Positions 25,061 through 37,105 of a DNA stretch of 64,000 nt are shown here, piece by piece (position 1 is the first letter of the stretch; each line of letters begins with the position of its first letter). The notes beneath the pieces are model-generated. The model ran no database searches. It worked only from the letters and a program-made list of their open reading frames with translations, and had not been told where the DNA came from. The DNA is from Macrostomum hystrix (lineage: Eukaryota > Animalia > Platyhelminthes), in the NCBI GenBank assembly GCA_950097015.1, contig CATNEN010000039.1, forward strand, positions 7,316,001-7,380,000, written 5' to 3'. Position numbers and translations under genes: made by a program.

Positions 25061-27010
25061 GCCAAGCGGGAGATGAACTAATGTCACAGAAACTAGCTGA
25101 CCTACTATGAGTAGTTGATTCGCCTTGATTACAGACGATGCGATTAAACTAGTGAGCAAGTGGAATGACAGAAGTGAAAAATTAAGCAGCGCTGGAAGCT
25201 GAAAATGACAGGTAAAATTGCTGTGGATTGGATATTGTGAAACCAATAGTTTTGAAACAGCCCTCTATCGTACATTTATATACTGTTTCATATCTTACCA
25301 TACTACATGTATTTAGTTTGGTACATATGTGACTTATATAAGCAAAAGTCACAGTCTTAACTTGATGCGTTTAGTACAACTAGCTATAATTATTGTAAGA
25401 CTATCTGGGCTATTATAATATTTAGTCTTCTTACCTTAGCTATCAGCATATAACAAGTGAATTTTATGAAAATGATAAGCTAAATTACAAAAAGCTTTTT
25501 TAAGAACTTAGCTAGCTAATAGCCAATAGGCCTAGCTAGCTAAACCTGGATATTTCTATCCTGCATGATCTATCTAACGCCATCAGAATACTAGCACAAA
25601 AATATTCTGAATAAAAAACATTTCCCTTTTTTAGTTTTATATACATGGAGAGGAATATGATGGCAAATCTATACATATTAAACTCTAAATAGCAATAAAG
25701 CCAAATCATATTACAAGTGGCCAAAAAAGAAAGCATTTTTAGAATCCATGGCCTATTTTTAGCACCGAATGACTTTCTAGTTTCTATGTCACTACTCACT
25801 TCGTATCAAGGGGTCGACTGTATTCATGTAAAAGTAAACAATTAAAAAGTCAATACTTGAACTCAAAGGACAAATATAAGTCTATCCAAGAATAAGTAAA
25901 ACAGTAAAACGTTTAGTTTTCCATGCCCCTTAAATATTCTTTATATGTTTTACTATTTATGGTCACGGTGTTTGTTTCTTCGAGTAATGATAAAATATAA
26001 GCCTTTTATTTAAAAAAGGAAATTAAATATCGATACCCATAGTGTACAATGAAGCGTCAAAGTTATTCTGGGAAGATGGCTGAGGTAGTAATATTTTTAA
26101 GTGCGCGTAGAGGTGCAATTTAACTAGAAAGCTAATATGCATAAATAAGCTAGTCCCAAGACTAAAGCTGGTCCAAAACAACTAAGGTTAAAGAAATATA
26201 TTTTATTTCTTTAAAACTGTCGGTTTGGCTAAGTTCACACACAGCTATGTTGAATATTCCGGGTATGGCTGCCCGGATATGGTTACTTAGATATTTGTAA
26301 CATATCTATTTGTTGTATTATTTATGCTATCCTCAATACATTACTATTTTCAAGCAGCTTATTGTATTGTAGCTGTTGGGTGTTGTAAAATGTCTTCCTG
26401 CTAGCTATTTTTTCCATGATGCTATTTTATGGATTTACTATAGCTATTCTTTCTATCTTAGATTTTATAGGATTAACAAAAGCAAAACATTTTCTTTAAA
26501 AATTTATGCTTTTGGTGATCATAAAACGTGTGGTTAAATATATCTCGAAACTTGAAATATAAAACTGCATTTTTATAACAACCATGTTAAAATTAATGAG
26601 TTGCTACAAAATGTTAATATGGCTAATCAGAAGTTTTTGGTAAATGTTACAAAAGTTTTTACCAGTTTCAAGGACTAGCAAACAAAGGAAATGACTGACC
26701 AAATAGTCATAGTTTTTTCTATTTTAGCTTTAGATTATGGCATCTAGCATCAAGCCAATACTTGTTTGGGAACAATTTCTCTTCTGAAAAAATATATTTC
26801 ACTTTAAGCCATTATTTTATTTTAAAATTCCTTTCCTAGTGACTAATGAATATGCAGTAATACTTAACTGTGTTCTTTGTTCTAAATTTTAACCTAAAAT
26901 CTAACTTTCAGTATCATAATTTAACCAGCTCCATTGATAAGAGTCAATCTGCAACGGAATCGATTTTATTAATAATTAAGCTAACTTGAAGCATTCCAAA
27001 AATCTGCGCC

Positions 27011-30000
27011 ATGGAGTTCGATGGAGCTGAAGCCGACACATTTGGCACAGAGGCAAGTCTGGAGCTGCGCCACATGCAGAATATTGGCTCGGAGATTATG
27101 CACAACTATGCTAAAACTGATGGCGCCAAAGTGGACTTCAATATTGGCAAATTTCCGATTCAGAAGATTGAAAGTACGCAACATAAAATACTGTTAGAGC
27201 TAGCTGCGGGAACAAGTCCCCTTGATGCGGAGGCTTCCCCTGCAATTGATTCCCCATTAGCCAATTCCTCTCTAGTTGCAGCAGCACCGGCATCTTCGAC
27301 AACAGCAGCCGCAGATGCTTACACCACCCCATCAGCACCGCCAGCAAAGCCTGAGCCAGCGGCTGCAGCTGCTGCGACCGTCTCGAACTGGGTGACGCAG
27401 GATCCTGTGGGGCGCCAGATTCGTGGAATTCAATTCCACCGCGTGCAGATCAGCGGTGATGCGGATTGCCACATGCAGGTTAGCATCTTCCCGTGTGTCA
27501 CATTCCTGTGTCTTCTCCTGGATTTGAGTCACTCTACAGTGTCTTCTCCTAGATTTGAGTCACTCTACAGTGTATTCTCCTAGATTTGTGTCACTCTACA
27601 GTGTCTTCTCCTAGATTTGAGTCACTCTACAGTGTATTCTCCTAGATTTGTGTCACTCTACAGTGTCTTCTCCTAGATTTGAGTCACTCTACAGTGTATT
27701 CTCCTAGATTTGGGTCACTCTACAGTGTATTCTCCTAGATTTGAGTCACTCTACAGTATATTCTCCTAGATTCGAGTCACTCTACAGTGTATTCTCCTAG
27801 ATTTGAGTCACTCTACAGTGTATTCTCCTAGATTTGAGTCACTCTACAGTGTATTCTCCTAGATTTGAGTCACTCTACAGTGTCTTATCCTAGATTTGAG
27901 TCACTCTACAGTGTCTTCTCCTAGATTTGGGTCACTCTACAGTGTATTCTCCTAGATTTGAGTCACTCTACAGTGTCTTCTCCTAGATTTGAGTCACTCT
28001 ACAGTGTATTCTCCTAGATTTGAGTCACTCTACAGTATATTCTCCTAGATTCGAGTCACTCTACAGTGTATTCTCCTAGATTCGAGTCACTCTACAGTGT
28101 CTTCTCCTAGATTTGAGTCACTCTACAGTGTCTTATCCTAGATTTGAGTCACTCTACAGTGTATTCTCCTAGATCTGAGTCACTCTACAGTGTCTTCTCC
28201 TAGATTTGAGTCACTCTACAGTGTATTCTCCTGGATTTGAGTCACTCTACAGTGTATTCTCCTAGATTTGAGTCACTCTACAGTGTATTCTCCTAGATTT
28301 GGGTCACTCTACAGTGTATTCTCCTAGATTTGAGTCACTCTACAGTGTATTCTCCTAGATTTGAGTCACTCTACAGTGTATTCTCCTAGATTTGAGTCAC
28401 TCTACAGTGTCTTATCCTAGATTTGAGTCACTCTACAGTGTATTCTCCTAGATCTGAGTCACTCTACAGTATATTCTCCTAGATTCGAGTCACTCTACAG
28501 TGTATTCTCCTAGATTCGAGTCACTCTACAGTGTCTTCTCCTAGATTTGAGTCACTCTACAGTGTCTTATCCTAGATTTGAGTCACTCTACAGTGTATTC
28601 TCCTAGATCTGAGTCACTCTACAGTGTCTTCTCCTAGATTTGAGTCACTCTACAGTGTATTCTCCTGGGATCTGTGATTGTGAGAGGGAGGGAGGGTGGG
28701 AAGTTGAAATCGTGTCTTCTCCTAGATTTGAGTCACTCTACAGTGTATTCTCCTGGATTTGAGTCACTCTACAGTGTATTCTCCTAGATTTGAGTCACTC
28801 TACAGTGTATTCTCCTAGATTCGAGTCACTCTACAGTGTATTCTCCTAGATTTGAGTCACTCTACAGTGTATTCTCCTGGATTTGAGTCACTCTACAGTG
28901 TCTTATCCTAGATTTGAGTCACTCTACAGTGTCTTATCCTAGATTTGAGTCACTCTACAGTGTCTTATCCTAGATTTGAGTCACTCTACAGTGTATTCTC
29001 CTAGATTTGAGTCACTCTACAGTGTATTCTCCTGGATTTGAGTCACTCTACTATGTCTTCTAACTTTTTAAATAGGTTAATTGAGCAGTAGGTTATCAGT
29101 GCTTTCTCATAATTGCTCTTCTGATTGAGCTAATTGTTTTCATTTATCCGTTTTAAAGTGTTGCCGGTACTTGAATAAACTGTTTGTTCAGCTAAAATTC
29201 AACACTAGAAAGCAAATGTCTTGACTATAGTTAGCATATCTTTCTCGTCAGCTGCTATAGCTACAGAAATGTGCCTTATCAGAAAGTATAGTGTTTTTTT
29301 ATTTGAATCTTTTTCCACATAATAGACAGAGATATTATAACACTCTGCCCAACTTTGTCGTCCTAACACGTCCCTGGACCTCCTATAGTAAAGGCGTGCG
29401 AAATGTTTTTAAGTATCATTGGCTTCTTCAGACCTGTGCTTATCTAAACTGATAGGTTGATTGTGTTGAACCCTCGACTCGTCAACTTGTAGTTTTTGCG
29501 TGTGTGTCAGCTTCTGTACAAAATTCTGCAATGAATCGAAGGCGTATTATACGCAGTTACTTAAATATGTCAGCATTTTTGTATACTTTGTGTTATTTTA
29601 GTATAATAAAAATTATAATAATATTCAGAGGGGCTGTGCTTCTGACGCATCATTTGCTAACACTAGACCCTCAGCCAACGAGGAGGCAATTCGCAATGTT
29701 CCATAGCGACCTAGATGTATTTGTTGGCATTCTCTGACTTGTGTCTGCCACTGGGACAGGGTGCTTTCTTTGCCCAGGGTGAGTGGCAGAGCGGTCTAAC
29801 GCGTTCGCCTCTCGCACCAAGGTCCCTGAGCTCGATTCCACGGCGAGGCCCCGTTCATTTGGGGCGCAGCAGCGGAGAGAAGGCTTGGGGGCTTGTCGTG
29901 CAATTTACGCCTTAGAGGGCCAACCTCCAAGGCGCAGTAAGAGTGTACACTGCCTGATGATGAGAAAGTCAGGGCAGATGTATACACCTGTGTAAGCGTG

Positions 30001-33000
30001 TGCCTGCGTACGGTATCTGTGTGCGTATATGCTCAGGAGTCAGCGAAATGAGTATAGAATTGCTTCTTGCTGGCTGCGGGTCTAGTGTTACAAAATGATG
30101 TTCCATTGTGGTATTATTATTTTCCTAGGGCGTCTTCTCCGACGAGGACGTCGGTGCCGCCTGCGAGTGCCTGATGGTGGCCATGCGGCTTCGCCGCCGG
30201 TACATGGCCACGGCCGGGCAGGGCTTCTGCGTCACCACCGCGCGCTACATGGACCGGGCCGCTGTTGCCGCCACCTCCGCTGCCCAGGGCGAAGCTCCCG
30301 ACTTGTGGGAGCGGCACCAGCAGCATCAACAGCAGCATCAACAGCATCAGCACCAGCATCAACATCATCAGTCGGAGAATCACGACAGCCACCCGTACGA
30401 TCATCCGCCAGAGACCGACCCGTTGAGCACAGCGAACCTGCCCCCAAGCCTGCCAATCAGCTTTGCCATGCGCGACGGAGTGGCCAGCTTTGAACTGGTT
30501 GGCGCCCAGTCACCGCCGGAGCTCACAGCCGCTGTTGCCGCGGTGGCCGCCGTGCCGCCAGTCGATCGGGACACATTCCTGCGCGATCACAACACCATGG
30601 TGGCTTTGATCTCCAATGGGCCTTTGAAGAGTTTCACATTTCGCCGCCTGACCTACCTGCAGTCCAAGTACCAGCTGCACAGCCTGCTGAACGAGTTCAG
30701 AGAGAGCGCCGAGCAGAAGTCTGTGCCGCACAGGGACTTCTACAATATCCGAAAGGTGGACAATCACATTCACGCTGCGTCGGCCATGAATCAGAAGCAC
30801 CTGCTGCGATTCATCAAGCGCAGTTTGAAGAACTACCCGGATCGCAAGGTGATATTTTTGCGCCTGTCTTAAGAATGTCTCAAGAATGTCTCAAGAATGT
30901 CTCAAGAATGTCTCAAGAATGTCTCAAGAATTTCTTCGCCAATATTTGTGGCACTTTTTACTGTCCTCAATCCAGATTCCCAAAATACAGATTCCCAAAA
31001 TCCCGATTCCCAAAATCCCGATTCCCAAAATCCAAATTTCCTAAAATCCCAATTCCCAAAATCCCAAGCCATCCCTCACTCCAGGTGTACGTAGACAAGT
31101 CAGGACGCCAGCTCTCTCTTGCTGAGATATTCGAAGAGATGAAAATCACCGCCTACGACTTGAACATCGACATGCTGGACGTTCACGCCGACAGGAACAC
31201 ATTCCAGCGCTTCGACAAATTCAATTCCAAGTACAACCCGTTGGGTCAAAATCATCTGCGGGAAGTATTTTTAAAGACTGACAACTACATCGAGGGCGAG
31301 TTCTTCGCCGATATCATCAAGGAGGTGATGGGCGAGATGAACGAGTCCAGGTACCAACAGGCCGAGCTGCGACTTTCCATCTACGGGCGCAGCCGTGACG
31401 AGTGGGACAACCTAGCCAAGTGAGCACTTGAGATTTTGTTTCTTGATTTGCTGTTTGATTCTTAGTCTCTGTTTCTATAAATCACAGTCCTGATTACATA
31501 AATACCAATCCTGATTAAACAAATCTTTGTCGTGATTACAGAAATCACTGTCCTGATTACAGAAATCACTGTCCTGATTACAGAAATCACTGTCCTGATT
31601 AAATAAATCTTTATCATGATTACAGAAATCACAGTCCTGATGACAGAAATCACAGTCCTGATTACAGAAATCACAGTCCTGATTACAGAAATCACAGTCC
31701 TGATTACAGAAATCACAGTCCTGATTACAGAAATCACAGTCCTGATTACAGAAATCACAGTCCTGATTACAGAAATCACAGTCCTGATTACAGAAATCAC
31801 AGTCCTGATTACAGAAATCACAGTCCTGATTACAGAAATCACAGTCCTGATTACAGAAATCACAGTCCTGATTACAGAAATCACAGTCCTGATTACAGAA
31901 ATCACAGTCCTGATTACAGAAATCACAGTCCTGATTACAGAAATCACAGTCCTGATTACAGAAATCACAGTCCTGATTACAGAAATCACAGTCCTGATTA
32001 CAGAAATCACAGTCCTGATTACAGAAATCACAGTCCTGATTACAGAAATCACAGTCCTGATTACAGAAATCACAGTCCTGGTTAAACATATCTTCATCGT
32101 GATTACATAAATCCCATTCTGGCTTACAAAAGTCCCAATCCTGATTACAGAAATACCAATCCGGATTGCAAAAATCCTTATTTTGTAATTTTTTGTTTGA
32201 CTCCAATTCTTGCTCAGGATTCTAGAAATATCCTATGATTCAGAAAAGCAAATTCTTCATCTATGAATCCTGATTCTATTGTAAGACCAGCGAGATTTGA
32301 GTCACGAAAAAAACACACAGGCTCTAAATCCTAAGGGTCGATATTTATTAGTTAATGATTGCGGAGGGGTGGGTGTTGTACGCGCCCGGGCGCAGCCGCA
32401 GGGTGCAAGCACCCACCCTAAAATCAGTGCTGGAAACAAGCGTACACAAGCTAACAGAGCACAACCACTGCCAAGCTCACACTATCTATGTATCCTATGT
32501 GTCCATTCTGATACTATGAGTCCACATCCTTGTCCTCGGATGTCCTCATCCTGATTCTTAAAATCACCTTCCCGATTCTAAGAATCCCTATCCCGAATAT
32601 AAGAATCCCTATCCCGGCTCCAAGAATCCATATCCCGATTCTAAGAATCCCTATACCGGCTCTAAGAATCCCTATACCGGCTCTAAGAATCCCTATCCCG
32701 ATTCTAAGAATCCCTATACCGGCTCTAAGAATCCCTATCCCGACTCTAAGAATCCCTATCCTGATTCTAAGAATCCCTATCCTGATTCTAAAAATCCCTG
32801 TCCCGTTTTTAATAATCCGTCTCCTGATTCTAAGAATCCGTCTCCTGATTCTAAGAATCCTCTTCCTGATTCTAAGAATACTCTTCCTGATTCTAAGAAT
32901 CCCTGTGCCGTTTCTAAGAATCCATCTCCTGATTCTAAGAATACTGATCCTGATTCTAAGAATCCTCATCCTGATTCTAGTTGAAGGCTTACATTTTCAT

Positions 33001-35331
33001 GGTCTGTGCTGATAAAAAAATTTCAACTGATGCTCTAAGAAAATTCTAGGTCAAAATGTACTTTTGTAAGGTACGCGTACAACTCAGTTTATAAACAAAT
33101 TGATTTTCCTGTCAGGTGGGCCCTAAAGCACAAGGTGCACTCGGAGAATGTTCGCTGGCTGGTGCAAATACCCAGACTATTCGATGTGTACAGCAGCAAA
33201 GGGCAGCTGGCCAACTTTGAGCAGTTTCTAAACAACCTGTTCCTGCCGCTGCTAGAAGCCACCGCTGATCCGGCCTCGCATCCTGAACTATTCGCCTTCC
33301 TGCAATACGTTGTAGCTTTAGACTCTGTTGACGACGAATCTAAGCCTGAGACTCTGGCCTTTGATGCCAGCTCTCCAATGCCAGGTGAGAGTGCTCAGAC
33401 TGCTGTACGGGTGGGGTGACAGTCTGGCCAGGTGAGAGTGCTCAGACTGCTGTGCGGGTGGGGTCGCAGTCTGGCCAGGTGAGAGTGCTCAGACTGCTGT
33501 GCGGGTGGGGTCACAGTCTGGCCAGGTGAGAGTGCTCAGACTGCTGTGCGGGTGGGGTCACAGTCTGGCCAGGTGAGAGTGAACAAACTGTTGTGCGGGT
33601 GGAGTGTTAGATAGTCCAGGTGAGAGTGCTCAGACTGCGGTATGGATGGGTGACAGACTGGCCAGATGAGAGTGAAGCACAGGTTTTTGTTTAGAATCAT
33701 TAGTTTGGTTTGTTGCCCCCGTAGGCAAGTGGACCGAGGCAACCAACCCGCCGTACGCCTACTATCTGTACTACATGTTCGCCAATCTGGTCATGCTGAA
33801 CCATCTTCGGCTGGCAAGGGGTCTGAAGCCGATCACCCTGAGACCGCACTGCGGCGAGGCCGGACCTGTGCACCATCTGGTTACTGCCTTTCTGCTGGCT
33901 GATAATATTAGCCACGGACTACTGCTCAGGAAGGTCAGTAGCATCTATGATATTTTTTTGCTTCACCTAATTTCTGGCACGTTTTCTGTTACATGTAACA
34001 CATACCAGCTATGTCTAATAAACATGCTTACTAAATGTCACTCCTGTCTAACAGGTATCACTCCTGTATAGCAGTTATCAATGCTATCAAACAGGTATCA
34101 CTGAGGTGTAACAGTTACCAATGCTATCAAACAGGTATCACTGATCTGTAACAGTTACCAATGCTATCAAACAGGTATCACTGATCTGTAACAGTTACCA
34201 ATGTTATCAAACAGGTATCACTGATCTGTAACAGTTATCAATGCTATCAAACAGGTATCACTGATCTGTAACAGTTACCAATGTTATCAAACAGGTATCA
34301 CTGAGGTGTAACAGCTATCAATGCTATCAAACAGGTATCATTGATCTGTAACAGTTATCAATGCTATCAAACAGGTATCACTGAGGTGTAACAGCTATCA
34401 ATGCTATCAAACAGGTATCATTGATCTGTAACAGTTATCAATGCTATCAAACAGGTATTACTGATCTGTAACAGTTACCAATGTTATCAAACAGGTATCA
34501 CTGACCTGTAACAGTTACCTATGTTATCAAACAGGTATCATTGATCTGTAACAGTTATCAATGCTATCAAACAGGTATTACTGATCTGTAACAGTTACCA
34601 ATGTTATCAAACAGGTATCACTGATCTGTAACAGTTACCTATGTTATCAAACAGGTATCACTGATCTGTAACAGTTATCAATGTTATCGAACAGGTATCA
34701 CTGATCTGTAACAGTTATCAATGTTATCAAACATGTATCTCTGAGGTGTAACAGTTATCAATGATATCGAACAGGTATCACTCCTAATTATGTGGTCTAT
34801 TATTATAATTCGCATGGCATTTCATTATTATCGCAGGCTCCGGTGTTGCAGTACCTGTACTACCTGTGCCAGATTCCTATGGCCATGTCTCCGCTATCTA
34901 ACAATAGCCTATTCTTGACCTATAATCGCAGTCCGCTGCCAGAATTTCTAGCGAAAGGTTTGAGCGTCACTCTTAGCACGGACGATCCGCTGATGTTTCA
35001 CTTCACTCGGGAGCCACTCATGGAAGAGTACTCAATAGCTGCTCAGGTGTGGAAGCTGACTAATACGGACATGTGTGAGCTGGCCCGCAACTCTGTGCTC
35101 ATGTCGGGCTTCTCGCACGAGGTCAAACGGCACTGGCTGGGGCCGGCCTATCAGCGCGAGGGACCCCTTGGCAACGACATCAAGCGGACCAATGTGCCCA
35201 ATGTGAGAATGGCTTTTCGATTTGAGAACCTCATCGGCGAGTTGGGCTTGGTTGCCGGGGCCTACGCCCACGTCAGGCAGCAGCTGCTCATCAGGTCGCG
35301 TTCGCAGAGCTCTGCCCACCAGCTTCAGTAG
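27011..35331 (+). CDS. AMPD2: AMP deaminase (AMPD2-like); exons 27011-27478, 30129-30848, 31085-31419, 33116-33384, 33725-33933, 34837-35331 (5' start uncertain)
   Basis: [101 protein letters not shown]|[37 protein letters not shown]. All junctions in frame. Confidence 0.95.
27510..29060. repeat. 31-bp minisatellite (GATTTGAGTCACTCTACAGTGT[A/C]TTCTCCTA)n in AMPD intron 1
   Basis: ~48 tandem copies, with one foreign interruption at 28667-28711. Confidence 0.97.
29777..30120 (+). mobile_element. tRNA-derived SINE copy
   Basis: TGGCAGAGCGG A-box, GAGCTCGATTCC B-box, conserved body, TATTATTAT tail abutting the AMPD acceptor. Confidence 0.85.
30868..31065. repeat. 11-bp (CTCAAGAATGT)n and 15-bp (CCCAAAATCCCGATT)n arrays in AMPD intron 2
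   Basis: Short tandem arrays. Confidence 0.88.
31478..32170. repeat. 21-bp minisatellite (GATTACAGAAATCACAGTCCT)n in AMPD intron 3
   Basis: ~30 copies, perfect core. Confidence 0.96.
32545..32980. repeat. 21-bp minisatellite (CTAAGAATCCCTATCCCGATT-like) in AMPD intron 3
   Basis: ~20 degenerate copies. Confidence 0.92.
33381..33675. repeat. 47-bp repeat x6 starting at the AMPD intron 4 donor
   Basis: CCAGGTGAGAGTGCTCAGACTGCTGTGCGGGTGGGGTCACAGTCTGG tandem copies. Confidence 0.93.
34045..34785. repeat. 40-bp minisatellite in AMPD intron 5
   Basis: ACAGGTATCACTGA(TC/GG)TGTAACAGTTA(C/T)CAATG(C/T)TATCAA, ~18 copies. Confidence 0.95.
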
Positions 35332-37105
35332 GGACGTTGACAAATTATTCTGAAAGGTTCCTGTTTTCATGTTTTATTTAACGAAAAATGTGAATTTTTT
35401 AGTCACTCTTTCTTCGTAGACACATTCTAAGACACTTCAATTTAAATTGTATACTCGTATTTACAGACTTTAGTTAATTAAAACAAGTTACGAAACTTAT
35501 TAACTTTATTAGGCTAGTGTTACATTAGCAATTGTCAAGTATTATATCAATTTGACCTGACAATTTGAGCGTAAAATACCGTTAAGTTTTTTTATTATTA
35601 ATTTATATTACATTTTATTCATGCAGTTTGAATCTATTAATTTAGGCGTCTAAAGATTTTAAAGTGCTTTAGTAACTATACATCACTACCAATTAAATTT
35701 TTGAATCTGTTTCACTTTCTAATTCTAACATTTTCGCACTAACCTTTACACATTGTGGCATATTAGTCTTAGATTGGATTGTAATATTGCCTTTTACTTC
35801 GTGGATGCTACTTAAAAAAATTCCGTATTGATGGTCCGTATATGTTTTTTATATGGAACCATTTTTTCAAGTCATTTCCCTTTGAAAATAATTATTGAAA
35901 TCATTGTACAAACATACTTGTTATTCCGATTTATTTTTTTTTTAAAGTGTGTGATTTTTAATTCCTTAGATTGTTGAAATGTGCATTCCTTTCCTTTTAT
36001 CACTGGCGTTTCAAATTCACTCTTTTCTAATAGTCATAATTAATCACACTTTTTTGCACAGAAACTTTCATTTTTTTCTATTTTGCGCATGTACTTCTAC
36101 AGGGTGTATCGATTGATTGATTGTATACATTTTGGTAACCCTATATTGAGACATTTATTATATTTAGCTACGAGTATATAGCATTTTTTATTGCTAGCGG
36201 CAAAATGATTTGCTGTGTTGAAAGCTACGTTTGTTTTTTTGTTTCACTTCGTGCTTCTATATGCGCTCGTATACACAATACTTCTCTATTTACCTCTAAT
36301 TATAAAGTGATAAACGTTTTTTTAAATGCATTATTACATTACGCCATCAAACCATTGTATTTCAAGCCTGGTTTGTTAGTTTAGCTTTGTTTTGTCGTGA
36401 TTTGTTCGCAATATTTACGAACTAGCTGTATTTTGAGTATTAGATAATTCGCGCTTTCCTAATTTTTATTGACAATTTAATTTCTGCTGGCAACATACTA
36501 TATATAGAGGTGCAAGCTCTAAATATTATTTCTAACACTTATTTGAATCAGTCTTCAGTGTGGAAGAAATTTTGCTAAAATTTGTTCGCTTGAAATTGTC
36601 CACTGATGCGTTTTTTTATTAAACAATATGGAGCCCTATTAGGCTGAACACTGCTTGTCAGTTTGCAATATATTTATGCTGCTAAAACAGCTATCTATTA
36701 CATTAACCTGCTAAATGAAAACACAGCTTGTCGCCAATTATTTTGTTGTTTGTTTGCTCTACTATAGTCGACTATCGTCAAACAATGCACGAAGCCAGGA
36801 AAATTATTATAATATAATATTGTGGTATTATCATCCACGGTAGCCGGAGCAATAGCTGGAGGGGATCGAATTGCTAGTCTTGTCTTGATTTTAAATCTGA
36901 AGGTGGTTGACAATTGAATGTCTCAAACTGGAGAGGACTGTGAATCCAATTGCAATAATTATTGCTTGCAATCTTACAACCAACCGTAGGCTGCTCAAGA
37001 CTCATACAACTAAGAAAGAAATTTGAGCCACTTGAAAGGAAATGTGTGTGCTGTTTGAATGCATACTACTGACTATACTGGTACCTAAAGTCATACCGTT
37101 TTGCT

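Noticed and set aside
26049-26084. Possible first AMPD coding exon MKRQSYSGKMAE|gt
   Set aside because: Its phase-0 donor is not in frame with the nearest acceptor (26991) before ATG 27011; it may be a UTR exon but cannot be supported.
29777-29850. tRNA gene
   Set aside because: Degenerate B-box and acceptor stem, followed by the shared SINE body; it is a SINE head.
29950-29978. CTGATGA...GAAA hammerhead-like core in one SINE copy
   Set aside because: No stem II between the motifs, and other copies read CTGACGA or CTGTCGA as part of a plain hairpin.
31462-32206. Cys-rich (CDFCNQD)n ORF resembling a metal-binding protein
   Set aside because: Stop-free translation of a 21-bp repeat within AMPD intron 3.
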